Assembly: GCA_964480115.1 (NCBI GenBank)
Contig: CAYZOB010000075.1
Location: 1 to 60,006, forward strand
Origin: an uncultured Candidatus Peribacteria bacterium
GTDB lineage: Bacteria; Patescibacteriota; Gracilibacteria; UBA1369; LOWO2-01-FULL-3
Length of the DNA: 60,006 bases
Reading direction: 5' to 3'
In this document: in pieces, positions 46,904-57,600 of the stretch
How positions within the stretch are numbered: position 1 is the stretch's first letter
Layout of the letters: each line of letters starts with the position of its first letter
Notes under the pieces: model-generated
Databases searched by the model: none
Told to the model about the DNA's origin: nothing
Seen by the model: the letters and a program-made list of their open reading frames with translations, nothing else
Position numbers and translations under genes: made by a program

Positions 46904-47893
46904 TTAATCTTTACAACAATTAATAATCAATTTCTCTATGGCCAGTTCGAATTCGCGATTGTCGCTTTTGTAGCTTTTGATAATGCCTGTTTTGACTCCG
47001 GTGTCAATTTTCAGCATTTCTTCGTAAATTCTGGTGAGTTTTTGTTGATTGAAATTTTTGGCTTGTTGAGAAGTTTTTTGAATTACAAATGGATGTTGTT
47101 TGAGTTTTTTAGTTATTTCAAAGGCTTTTTCGCCTTTGCTTACCAATTCCTGCACTTGCGTGAGAATCCTGAAATGGCGTACCAGCATGAAGAAAATTCC
47201 ATTAAGTTCTTCGCCGCTGTCTTTGAGAATTTTGAAAGTTTTCAGGGAAGCTTTGGTGTTTTTTTGGGCTACTTCATCGGTTAATTTAAAGATCGAGGAG
47301 CTGAGAGAAGGAATACATAGGTCGTCGATCATTTCTTTGGTTATTTCTTGGCCATGCGCAAAAAGTACCAGTTTTTCCAGTTCATTGGAGATGGTCCAGA
47401 GCTCCGGTCCGCATTGTTGGCTTAAGTAATTGGCCGTAAAGAAGCCAATATTAATGTTTTCTTTTTTGGCTTTTATACTGATCCATTGGGTGATTTCGTT
47501 GGGGGAAAGACTTTTGAATTCTTCCAGATGGCCGATTTTGGCAATCTTTTTATAAATTGGATTGGCTTTTTCCGGAATTTCGTTTTCCCGAAAGATCAAA
47601 AGGCAAAAGTCCGGTGTGTTTTCTATGGCTTGAGCCAGCTGTTTTTGTTCATCATCCTCGCCATTTTCCAAAAAATCTTTTACTAAAATCAGGCGCTTTT
47701 CACTCAGGAAAGGCAGTGCTCCCAAATTGGTGGCAAAATTGGCCGGATCGAGCTCTGCACCATCGATAATTTCCAGGGCGTTTTCGCCATATTTTTTTGC
47801 AAATTCTTCCTGCCAAAATTTCAATTTTTGGCTTAGAGAATAGCGATCTGCGCCGTAAAAGAGGTAAACTGATTTTTTGTCGGATGTCGTCAT
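46904..47893 (-). CDS. holA: DNA polymerase III subunit delta
   Basis: 329 aa; VYLFYGADRYSLSQKL.. N-terminus and a helical C-terminal domain in the usual HolA arrangement. Confidence 0.72.
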   Translation of the reverse strand: MTTSDKKSVYLFYGADRYSLSQKLKFWQEEFAKKYGENALEIIDGAELDPANFATNLGALPFLSEKRLILVKDFLENGEDDEQKQLAQAIENTPDFCLLIFRENEIPEKANPIYKKIAKIGHLEEFKSLSPNEITQWISIKAKKENINIGFFTANYLSQQCGPELWTISNELEKLVLFAHGQEITKEMIDDLCIPSLSSSIFKLTDEVAQKNTKASLKTFKILKDSGEELNGIFFMLVRHFRILTQVQELVSKGEKAFEITKKLKQHPFVIQKTSQQAKNFNQQKLTRIYEEMLKIDTGVKTGIIKSYKSDNREFELAIEKLIINCCKD

Positions 47894-48248
47894 GTGGGTG
47901 GGTGGGGTGCTTGGTGAGAAATATGCTAACTGCCCGCTAGGTTTTTATTATATCAGAATTTTGACCTATTCAAAGTTTTTCAGAGGCCGGCTTCGAAGCT
48001 GCCAATGATAACAGGTAGGTCGTGGAAATTACCGATAGGGTGATAGCTTATCAAGAATTCGCGCCGATGATGGGCGGGTAGTTGATGGTAGATTGAATGA
48101 GTTTTACGAGGTGGCGGAGTGAGCTGACAAGCGCTTTGGCTCGTATGTGCCGGTCAATTTGACTTGTTTGTCATTCTGTTTCCTGCTCGGAATTGACCGT
48201 TGACAGTCAATTTGGGGACGAAGCTTGAGCCAAGAAATGAAGATAAAT

Positions 48249-48272
48249 GTCTGCCCGGGCAGACTTTTTGTT
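48249..48272. terminator. Bidirectional intrinsic terminator hairpin just after the stop of the giant operon
   Basis: Perfect palindrome GTCTGCCC/GGGCAGAC (48249-48264). It is flanked by TTTTTGTT on the + strand, and on the - strand by AAAAA upstream and AUUUAUCUUCAUUUCUU downstream. It lies 9 nt from the TGA at 48274-48276. Confidence 0.65.
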
Positions 48273-48273
48273 A

Positions 48274-51200
48274 TCAGTTTGGCACCACTACTTGTTGCAG
48301 ATTTATAAGCTCACTGATTCCGGGTGGAGGGTTCAGCAGAATACGTTCGTCGTAGTGGATATTTACCGAACCTTCGTCTTTTAGGGGGTCGCCGGCAAAT
48401 TGGCGGTTGGTAAAGAGGTCGAACACATTTCCTATCAGACTGCCGTTAATATTGAGTGGGATTTCGTCGGTGTAGCTATTTGACTGGATTTGGCCTTTGT
48501 CCCCATTTGTTCGAGTGTCCACGGCCATTACTATGCCATCGATACGATCGACACTACTATCGATAATGATGTTTCCATTGATTACGATGAAGGCGGCGGA
48601 GGCAATTTTTTTCTTATCAAAAGTGGTGAGGAAGTTGTAGTTGTCATATTCAATGTTGGAGTTGATATAAAGATTATGGTCTTTTACGATGTAGGTTTGG
48701 GCGGCCGGTATGTCATCGCTAGATGTAATGATATAGGCGTTTTGGTCAGGATCGGTGAGAGAGGGAGCGTTGCCGCTTATGGTCAAGTCGCCATCAGTTT
48801 TTACGAAGATGCCACTTTGGGAGTTTGTTTTGTTTGCAAGTTCAGATATATTTTGAATTGTCGGATTATTTTCGACATTCAAATTCGCATCGAATCTGGC
48901 AATTCTTTTCACATTGGCATTGATCGATTCGGTGATATTTTTCTTGGTCCAGGCTTTGGAAATATCGGCGCGGAGCTCGCAAATGCTACTGGAGAAGTTT
49001 TCGAGGACGTCTTGGTAGGCTTCGAGGACGTTGGCATCGGCGTTAGCAATACCGTCTGCATTTTTACCAGCAGTATTGCTGGCTTTGCAGACGTCGTTGG
49101 AAGGGGATTGAAGTAGAATTGGTGTTGGATTGCCATTTGCATCCGTACCTGATTGAGGATTTTCCTGCTGTCCGGGTGTCTCCGGTGTAATACAGGGTCC
49201 ATCACAGGTTTTGACCGCTGAACATTGGCTTACGTCCACGCCGGTCTTGATGACATCGTGGAAGAATACGTCACCGCCCTGGCGGGAAAGAATGTATGGG
49301 CAGATGGCGATTACTTTAGCTTTGCTCTCTAGAGATCTTGTGCTGTCAGATGAACTGTTATTACTATACAAACTTGCTTTTACCGTGTTATCAAATGTTT
49401 GTCCGCAACCTAACTTTTTTGCTGACATGCTTTTGCATTGTGCGTCACTAACTTTATCTTCATACCTCATTTGATACTTGATAACAATTTTTGTATTTTT
49501 GATGTTTTTGAAGGTCAGGCCATTTTTCTTGAATGCGCTTTCAATATTGTTTAAATTGGCTATATCTATACAGATATTGCTTGAATTTGTTTTACAGTCT
49601 ACTTCTTTGTTCGGCGCCGGTGGCGATAGCTCTTTATCCGAGAATTGGCCAAATAGGCCGGCGGAATTTTTGTTTTGCTCGTCTGCTATATAGTTATCTG
49701 ATTGATATAGTATCTCTGTCTTGCCATCCTTTAGAGATATAATTTCCATTGCGTCGAATTTCAGTTTGCCATTTGGTTTTCCATAGATAATATTATCATT
49801 TAAGCTTTCATCTTTAATCAAAGCTTTGTTATAGTCCGTTCCGGCGTTAACTATTACCATGTAGGTGAGGTAGTTTAATTTGTTGTTAATATTGATTGTC
49901 TCGGAACTTTTCTTGATATTGTTGGAAGGATAAACATATTTTGAAATTGAGGGATTTGTTGAATAGGAAAATGCTCCGCCACCTACTCCACCGCCGCCAC
50001 CTACTCCACCGCCACCTCCGCAGCTTGATCCGCTACAAGACCCATTCGTGCTTACCGTTTTATTGATAGGGTAGTTACATGATGCATTTGTTGAACCTAC
50101 AGCTTTGACATTGATAAATAAAGTATTGGGGTTTGGAGTATAGTCACCAAAACTATTTTTTGTGTAAGTAAATTGTAAAGTATTATTGCTGTTTTTTACC
50201 TCATCCGGAGTGAAGGTGATTGATTCATAATTTGTCTCCGATTTGCCGGCACTTTTTATAGTTGGTTTAGTTCCTCCTCCTATAGTACTACTGATACTTA
50301 CCTTGATTTCCCCCGGATGATTTTTGAAATCACCATTAATCTTGAAATCCACCTGGTTATTACTCATCGGGTCAAAATTGCCTTCGTTGGGAGTTACGTT
50401 GATTGAGACACAGGCGGAAGATGGTGGTATCGCCGGATTACTAAAATCAATTGCCTTGGCACAGGCAGGTTCGGTGAATCCTACAGTTTTGATTGTAATA
50501 ATGTTTGGAATTACTCCTGTATCGTTTTTTGACGGCTGAGTGAAAGTGAAAAGTAAGACTGTAGCATTATGATCTACAGTGATTGTCTGAGAGGTGGAAG
50601 TCGCGAATGACGGTGGAAGATTGCTCTTGTTTAAGGTGTTTTTGCTTTGTAGATCTTTCAGAACCGTTTCGATTATCAATCCGTAAATTCCGGAAGTATT
50701 TGTTGCGATAAAAGTTCCATAGTTTTCATCAATTGTGTAAGTCACCTTGTTGGCTGTTCCCGTGGCTGTGAGTGTTGAGCCGAGTTTATAGATGTTGTTT
50801 TTTTCCAGTTTTCCATCGGTCGCCGGTGTTCCATCTGATTTTTTCAAATCGTAGGTCAGACTGGTACAAACTTGTCCCGGAAGCGGATTAAAGAAAGGTA
50901 GGTTTTCCTTACATTTACTTCCGCCTCCTACAACCTGTCCCTGCAGAACATCTTGGATCAGTCCGGTTTGAGCCGGTATGATGTTTTTCGTCTGGATATA
51001 GAGAGGAAGCGTTCTCAGGTTGTCTACAATTGTTCCGATGCTTTGAGCGGGTGGAAGTTTGGTAAAGTCCAGAAAATAGCCGTAATTTTCATTGATTTTG
51101 TACATGACTTTTTGCACCGCTTGTGAAGTTGTGGTGATATTTTCCTTGATTATGTATCTTTGGTTTTTTTCGAGCTGGGTCACAGGGTTTCCATCCAGTG

Positions 51201-54200
51201 TGACGATGAGTTTGAGATCGCTGCAAACCGCTTCCGGTGGGGGATTCAAAAATGGCATGGTCTTGGCACATTCGGCATTGCCATAGCCAACAGCTTTAGC
51301 CATTAATATGTCTGGAATCAAGCCTGTCGGAGCGAGTGGAGGAGTTTCGTTCGTAATAACTAAAATCAGCTCACCGTTAAACGTCTCATTTAGCATAATT
51401 TGTTGAACTATTTTTGGTGGCGTGGTGCTCTGGTCGTAGAAGTAGCCATAGGCGCGATCGATTGAATAAGTAATCCTGTCGATGGTATGTCCATTAGTGG
51501 TGATATTGGCGCTGACAGTGTAGCTTTTGCCTTTTTCCAATACGTTTGCTTGATAGCCGGTGGCCTTGTCTTTTACTAAAAGATTTAATTCTTGACATTG
51601 TTTGACCGGTGTTGGCAGATTATTGAATGACATGGTCTTGGCACATTCGGGATTGCTGTAGCCGGCTCCTTGAGCTTTTAGAATGTCTGGAATTAAGCCG
51701 TTATGAATTCCCGTAAGAGTTCCGCGCGTGGTTAAAATCAACGGACCGGTCATTATTTCACTCAATGTAACTTGCTGAATTTTTTGCGGATTTAGCGGAT
51801 CGGTCATGTCGGTGAAGTAGCCATAATCGGGATCGATAGAATAGCTTATTTCTTCATTGTTATTTCCCGTAGTACTGATTGTAGCGCTGACGCTGTAGCT
51901 TTTGCCTTTTTCCAATTGAGTGACGGGGGCATTCGTTACCAGATCCTTTACGACAAGATTCAAATTCGTACATTGATTGACCGGTTTGCGTATAACGCTG
52001 ATTGTGCCTTTACAAGCTTTGTTGTAAGCCGGATCTTGCGAATCGAGGCTGATGCTTGCATATCCCACGTTTGTGGAATTCTTAAACAAAACTGGGAAGT
52101 CGCTGATCTTGGCTGTGAGAATGTTTGTTAAAGTATTGTTGTTGAATTCTCCGCCGGCGGTGGTGGAAAGTACTATTTTACTTGTTGTTGGCAATGGTGC
52201 GCCGGATCTGCCTACGGGTGTGATTTTTATGGTTGATGTTTGTCCGACTGTGAGGGGGCTGATTGGGGTGCTGGTCAGATTTAGGCTGCTGCAAACGGCT
52301 TCGATACTGAAATCCTCACTGCAATCAGGATTGTCGCTGCCCACGGTTTGCACATGTATGACGTTTGTGCCCGGTTTTTTCGCCCAGAAATAGACGGTGG
52401 TGCCCGGTTCTACAGTAATGGTTTCGAAGAGTGAACTTATGATGGCGGATTTTCCGCTGAAATTACTGTTGTCCGGCTTGATCACACTCGGATCGACAAG
52501 AGGTATACCGATTGGTTTTTTCGGATCGATGTTCAGGTCCAAAAATGGTTTGGTTGATCCTTTGTCTCCGGTTTTATCGTTTAATTTGTTGAGGTTGGGG
52601 TCCAAAAGGTTGGGGTTGATATTTGGGTTACCAATCGGTTTGGCCTGATCGATGTTCAGGTCCAAGCTTTTTTTGTTTACAAGTTCCGACTGATCTGCAA
52701 TCGCGAGCAGCACATTGTTTTGGCCGGATTTCGGATTGAAATTTGAGCCATTACCTTTTTGTTGAAATTGCTCCGCGTTTGGTTTTGGTGCGAGGCCGGT
52801 TATTATCCATTCCGGTAATTCGATGGCGGCTTTTTGCACTGCCTGGTCTAATTTGTTGATGTCTGTAATATTTTCGGAAAGATTATTAATGCCGAAGGTT
52901 CCGGCGGCAATCTGGGAATTTATGTTCAAGATTGAATTGATGGTCTGCGCGGTGTTGCTGTTACCAAAAACCAGGATTTTTGGCGTCAGCTTAAAGTCAG
53001 GAATGTAATTGATATCTGCCGGAATTGGGCCGAGGCTGCCACTATTGCCTCCGGCTCCGCTACTGTTCACCATTGGCGAGGTGTTCAGAGGAATGTTTTG
53101 TGGTGCGAAAGTGTAGAATTCCCCGTAGCCGGCGTCTACACTGTAAGTGACTTTAGTGTCAAGATCATTGCCGTTGGTGTCTTTGGGTTTGGCTTTGAAA
53201 ACAGATACAGTTCCTTCGTAAATATGCTCCGGATGGTCAATCAGGATTTCTTTACATTCGGGTACGTCCGGAATTCTGAAGCTTTTTCGGCAGACCTGGG
53301 GATTTGCTGATGTTGAATCGATACCTGTTAATTTTATCGTTACCGTGCCGGTACCGATGTAGTAAATTTTATCATTAATATCGGTAATGGTGTTCGCGGT
53401 GCCTATCTTGATGAAAGTGGCTACGTCATCACTACCGTCCGGGCTTTCTCCATAAATATATGTGGCCTTCCAAAATTCACCATTAGAATCAGTACTGTTC
53501 CATGCATATTTGACTTCATTTGGAATAATGTTTTCTGGTGCAAAATTGACGGAATCTATTTTGATAGGGTAGGCATCTTTGTTGTTAATTTTAATTGTTT
53601 CGGTAGTTAGAGAGCCTTTGAGTTCGGTACAAATGGGGGGGGTTGGTGGAGGAGTGATGCCATTCCATATTGTTGTTGTTGTGCCGATTGGAAACCAGTA
53701 GTAGTTATTAAATTCACCAGGTTGGTCTGCCGTCTGGGGCATGGCCTGCCAGTCTGTACTACTTGGAATTACGCCCGGTACTACTTTTGCAACAAGATCC
53801 TTAATCAGAATTCTTGAGGTGGTGGTTGCACTCCAGGCCGCTTTTTTATTGTCTTTACTTGTCATAACAACAGAGACTCCAAACTTTCTATTCTCCGGTT
53901 TTGTTGAGTCTATGGTTGAATTTGTTAACTTATCGAGTGTTGGGTTTTTGCCTTCTATCAGAGGTTTGCCGTAATTTTGGTTTGCTGATGTTCCGGGAAA
54001 ATGCCATTTAATTATTCCGCTGTTTTTGTCAAAACTTACTTCGTAGAATAATTCCTGATTGAAAATATTTTTACCTAATGTTGCTGTTCCGTTACAGTTG
54101 GTTCCAACAGCTAGGCCTGAGCATTCAATAGAATTAAGATTGATGGTGTCTCGAAGATCTTGTTCAATGTGCATTTCGAAAGTATCTACATATGATTCTT

Positions 54201-54606
54201 TATAAAAATTTACGTTTTTTGCCTGTCCATTTTCAATAATTGATTTGTTCAATTCTTCGGTGGAAAAATTAAAATATTTATGAAAATGTTCCGTGGCTGG
54301 TTGATGGACCGTTGTAACAGCCGCTTTGTGTTGGGTTAGGTCAATATTAGCCTTGTGGCTACCGGGAAAAGCGTCATGATGGTTCAGATTTTCACAACTT
54401 TGAGTAATATTATTCGGGGTGTTTGTTCCTAGAGGAAGTGACGGATTGAAATTTTGCGATATTTCTTCGCATTTTAGGAGTGGATTATTGGGATCAGCAA
54501 AAGTTACATTTGCTTGTGTTGTCAGAATGACCAGTAGTCCGATTAGTAGTATTTGTAACTTTTTCATTTTATTTGTTTTATTTTTATTGTAGAGGGGCGC
54601 TACCAT
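48274..54606 (-). CDS. Giant (2110 aa) secreted protein with tandem Cys-bracketed modules, a poly-Gly hinge and a DUF11-like/beta-rich C-terminal region
   Basis: Signal peptide (MKKLQILLIGLLVILTTQANVTFA, second ATG at 54567). At least five modules share C.(E/S/D)L...(T/S)Y.ID..YG.F...C. CGGGGGVGGGGGVGGG linker. The start at 54606 overlaps the upstream giant ORF by 23 nt. Confidence 0.85.
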   Translation of the reverse strand: MVAPLYNKNKTNKMKKLQILLIGLLVILTTQANVTFADPNNPLLKCEEISQNFNPSLPLGTNTPNNITQSCENLNHHDAFPGSHKANIDLTQHKAAVTTVHQPATEHFHKYFNFSTEELNKSIIENGQAKNVNFYKESYVDTFEMHIEQDLRDTINLNSIECSGLAVGTNCNGTATLGKNIFNQELFYEVSFDKNSGIIKWHFPGTSANQNYGKPLIEGKNPTLDKLTNSTIDSTKPENRKFGVSVVMTSKDNKKAAWSATTTSRILIKDLVAKVVPGVIPSSTDWQAMPQTADQPGEFNNYYWFPIGTTTTIWNGITPPPTPPICTELKGSLTTETIKINNKDAYPIKIDSVNFAPENIIPNEVKYAWNSTDSNGEFWKATYIYGESPDGSDDVATFIKIGTANTITDINDKIYYIGTGTVTIKLTGIDSTSANPQVCRKSFRIPDVPECKEILIDHPEHIYEGTVSVFKAKPKDTNGNDLDTKVTYSVDAGYGEFYTFAPQNIPLNTSPMVNSSGAGGNSGSLGPIPADINYIPDFKLTPKILVFGNSNTAQTINSILNINSQIAAGTFGINNLSENITDINKLDQAVQKAAIELPEWIITGLAPKPNAEQFQQKGNGSNFNPKSGQNNVLLAIADQSELVNKKSLDLNIDQAKPIGNPNINPNLLDPNLNKLNDKTGDKGSTKPFLDLNIDPKKPIGIPLVDPSVIKPDNSNFSGKSAIISSLFETITVEPGTTVYFWAKKPGTNVIHVQTVGSDNPDCSEDFSIEAVCSSLNLTSTPISPLTVGQTSTIKITPVGRSGAPLPTTSKIVLSTTAGGEFNNNTLTNILTAKISDFPVLFKNSTNVGYASISLDSQDPAYNKACKGTISVIRKPVNQCTNLNLVVKDLVTNAPVTQLEKGKSYSVSATISTTGNNNEEISYSIDPDYGYFTDMTDPLNPQKIQQVTLSEIMTGPLILTTRGTLTGIHNGLIPDILKAQGAGYSNPECAKTMSFNNLPTPVKQCQELNLLVKDKATGYQANVLEKGKSYTVSANITTNGHTIDRITYSIDRAYGYFYDQSTTPPKIVQQIMLNETFNGELILVITNETPPLAPTGLIPDILMAKAVGYGNAECAKTMPFLNPPPEAVCSDLKLIVTLDGNPVTQLEKNQRYIIKENITTTSQAVQKVMYKINENYGYFLDFTKLPPAQSIGTIVDNLRTLPLYIQTKNIIPAQTGLIQDVLQGQVVGGGSKCKENLPFFNPLPGQVCTSLTYDLKKSDGTPATDGKLEKNNIYKLGSTLTATGTANKVTYTIDENYGTFIATNTSGIYGLIIETVLKDLQSKNTLNKSNLPPSFATSTSQTITVDHNATVLLFTFTQPSKNDTGVIPNIITIKTVGFTEPACAKAIDFSNPAIPPSSACVSINVTPNEGNFDPMSNNQVDFKINGDFKNHPGEIKVSISSTIGGGTKPTIKSAGKSETNYESITFTPDEVKNSNNTLQFTYTKNSFGDYTPNPNTLFINVKAVGSTNASCNYPINKTVSTNGSCSGSSCGGGGGVGGGGGVGGGAFSYSTNPSISKYVYPSNNIKKSSETININNKLNYLTYMVIVNAGTDYNKALIKDESLNDNIIYGKPNGKLKFDAMEIISLKDGKTEILYQSDNYIADEQNKNSAGLFGQFSDKELSPPAPNKEVDCKTNSSNICIDIANLNNIESAFKKNGLTFKNIKNTKIVIKYQMRYEDKVSDAQCKSMSAKKLGCGQTFDNTVKASLYSNNSSSDSTRSLESKAKVIAICPYILSRQGGDVFFHDVIKTGVDVSQCSAVKTCDGPCITPETPGQQENPQSGTDANGNPTPILLQSPSNDVCKASNTAGKNADGIANADANVLEAYQDVLENFSSSICELRADISKAWTKKNITESINANVKRIARFDANLNVENNPTIQNISELANKTNSQSGIFVKTDGDLTISGNAPSLTDPDQNAYIITSSDDIPAAQTYIVKDHNLYINSNIEYDNYNFLTTFDKKKIASAAFIVINGNIIIDSSVDRIDGIVMAVDTRTNGDKGQIQSNSYTDEIPLNINGSLIGNVFDLFTNRQFAGDPLKDEGSVNIHYDERILLNPPPGISELINLQQVVVPN
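50413..53256 (-). repeat. Array of diverged protein-module repeats within the 2110-aa ORF (the four best conserved span 50413..51972 and are roughly 120-150 aa each)
   Basis: Module starts at Cys codons 53254-56 (CKEIL), 51970-72 (CTNLNLVVKD), 51595-97 (CQELNLLVKD), 51223-25 (CSDLKLIVTL) and 50866-68 (CTSLTYDLKK). Each ends in ..GLIPDIL.A...G...(E)CAK(T)..F. Confidence 0.75.
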
Positions 54607-57600
54607 CAGGTGTGTTATATCCTCCTTCTCTAATTGTGTCTATCGGCGTAGCTGGTGTATTGGGATCTGCAACTCCAGTGCTGACGCCTCCTTCAGGAGT
54701 TGCTTCCGGGGCAGGTTTTTCCTCCGGAGGGGGTGTTTCTTCATCTGCTTTTACGTCAAATCCTCCGCTAAAACTGAAAGTCACGCCGGCTAATGCCGTT
54801 TCTGCGTCGGAGACTTGTGTAACTTGTTCACTGGCTCCAACTACCGATATCTTCTTGCCGGTTACTTTAGCTTTGCCATTTCCCGATACGTAGAAACTTG
54901 GATTGGTACATTGGGTATATGCGCCTGCTACTATCTTAGTGTCTGAGACCATGTTTATGGTTATTTTGCTGCCGGTTTCCGCACTGACTGTTTCATAAAC
55001 TTGGTTTTCATGTTGTGACTGTCTTAGTGCTAATACTAAATTTTTAAATTGTGTAAAAGTTTCTTTATACTTATCATCATCAAATTTACTTGTATCCTGT
55101 AAGAGTTCGAGCATTAATTTGTAGTTTTTTTCACCCGCAATTAATCTGTAAGCTCCTAAACCTAATATTTTTATCGCAAAGTTTGATTTTAGTACCGATT
55201 CTTGATTACTATTACATCTATCACCAATCCTTAGTAATATTCTTGCGATATCTCGTTCTGCCCCATTGCCTGCCAGAGAGTATTCGTGTGTTGTGGTATT
55301 TAGAAAGCCCGATTCGTAAAGCTGGGCATCCGATTTGTCAGTTTTTTCGAATAAGCTATGAGACAAGATTTTTTCGCTCTTTCCGTCAACTATTAATTTT
55401 GTTCCCGACACTAAATCTGCTCCGTTTGGGATTTCACCGTCCGCCCCAAGGTCTCTGAAATCAAAAACCGGTGATGTTTCTTTATCAAGTGCTGCAAGGA
55501 TTTTGTCGTAAATTCCTCTCATGAAATAGTTTTTCACTAAATCTTCAGCATTTTTATTGCTTAGAGGAGGATTCATTGAGGAAATAACAGTCTGAAATTC
55601 CTCGATGTATTTTGAAGTTGTATAATCCCTCACCACTTCTATACGTTTTTTGAGTTGTCGATTTTTTGCAATAAGTTCTTTATCACTTAGAGGTTTTTCT
55701 TTGAAAATTTGTACCGCATTAATGATGGTTTTCGCTTCTTCATTGCTTAACTCGACTCCTTTTTTTGAGCAAATCTTCTGTAATTCTGTAGTTGTTAGAA
55801 TGTCCAGGTTGCGAATGTTTTTAAATCCGGCCTTGCGAAGATTGGTATTTATTGTCGGCGTCAATTCCAGTTCACTTAGTGCTCCTTCGCATCGGTAAGC
55901 CGTAGTAAACCAGAGGTCGCGCAGCATGTTTTCAGCCAGAGCAAGTTCTTTTGGTTTTAAGTCATTTAATTCAAATGCTGGGTGTGAGTTAGTGTATTGT
56001 TCCAGCCATTTTGCAAGAGCGCCAAAATCCCCTCTATCAGTTGAATCAAACTTTGCGCCGTATTCATTGTGGAAATCCGGATTAATAAATAGAGATCTTA
56101 TTTTCTCATTGAATTCTGCTCTTGGTTTTTCTGCTTCAAAAGCTTCTTTATTAATAGCTCCCAGGACTGTATGCATATCTTTAATTTCATCCAGCATGGC
56201 ATCTGCTTTTGTTTTATCTATTATTTTGTCTTCGTTTCCAACCTGCATTGCTTCTGGTCGATATTGTTGGAGATTCCTTGAGTAGTTGCTTCCAAATTCT
56301 TTGCTGTCTTTCCAGTCCGTTCTAGTGGCAAAACCTTTTACTTCTCGGATATTATCTTGCAATGAACCTATATATCCTCCTCCTGCTTGAGTTTTGAATT
56401 TTTCTTTGCCCATCATAATTTCTAAATAATTTTGTTCATTTTCTTGTAACCAGGATCGGTCAATTTGTTTGCCTGAGACAGAGCTGCTTTGTCTGATGGT
56501 GATAACATCTCTGATGGAAGACCTGCCTTCATCTTGAAAGCGGGAAAACCTGAATCTTTCTCTTGTGATTACCAGGTCATCGATGTTTCCGTCCAAGAAT
56601 ATTTTTTTGCCATCTTGAGTCAGTCCTAGAGTTAAAAGATTTGGATCAATATGGATTTCGAGGTCTTTGTCAGCTTCCCCGTTTTTGTTAAATAAATTAT
56701 CAATGGCTAATTCGATTTTGCCATCAGGGTGTTTTATTAGTCTTGTCTCAGTGCCTCCTTCTTCCAACGCCTTGTTGTATGTTTCGATGTCATTGCGTAG
56801 AGGGTATAGATCGATTACGGTATTTTCAATTCTGATACCTTTGCCGAGATTACTTCCCGGTCTATAATAAACATCGGGAGTATTTTCTGTGAAAATTACT
56901 TTTTCTTTCCCTGTCTTCATCTTCTCAAAAGCGTCTAGGATTTTGGCTCTAACATTTGCATCAGTAGCCAATTCGAGAATTTTTTGTTCTTCTTTTGGAT
57001 GGGGAATGAATATTTCGACTGTACCGATGCGGAATTTGGCTCCGGTAATTACGGCTACTCCTAAAGCCGCTAATGCTCCTACTCCGCTTGCCAAGGCGAT
57101 CGCGGCCGGAATTACACCTGCAACTCCGATACCTGTTAATGTTGGCAAAGATAATGGTACGGAGAATGGTGTTTCCGCCTTGCTGTCAGCCGCACCTTTT
57201 AATGCGGAAATATGGCTATCATAAGCTCTAACTAAATTTTCATCGGTTAAATATTCCGACAATGCAGCTTGTACGGCTTTTATAGATGTCCATGTAGGTG
57301 ATTTTTGAAGTGAGGCCATTTTCTCTGCAGTAGACATTTTTGGCCAATTTGCGAGATCTTCTTTAGTCCATCCGGTTTCTTTCACTGTTTCTTCCTGAGC
57401 TTGTGTACGTTCATGTTCCAATAATGCTCTATCCCAGCTAACTCCTATCCCGGCACCAACTCCCAGATTGACAATGTTTGACCAGGAAGCGCTTAATCCT
57501 AGCATCCAATCTATATCAACTCCTTTGCCGGCATCGAGATTGCCGGAAATTCCGGCAGCGGCTCCCATTATGGTTACTCCGGCATTGAAATTGAAATTCC

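Noticed and set aside
47894-48273. Possible RNase P RNA, SRP RNA, tmRNA or 6S RNA in the GC-richer spacer. TCAGAGGCCGGCTTCG superficially resembles the RNase P ACAGAAnCCGGCUUA box.
   Set aside because: GAGGAAAGUCC (CR-I) is absent on both strands. There is no GGAA/AGCA SRP domain IV pattern and no tRNA-like 3' end. The position of the single similar box is wrong for RNase P.
49975-50040. Short GC-rich direct repeats (ccaccgcc/acctactcc) that could be mistaken for a micro-array or CRISPR-like repeat.
   Set aside because: They are in frame inside the 2110-aa ORF and simply encode GGGGGVGGGGGVGGG. There are no spacers and no cas genes anywhere in the window.
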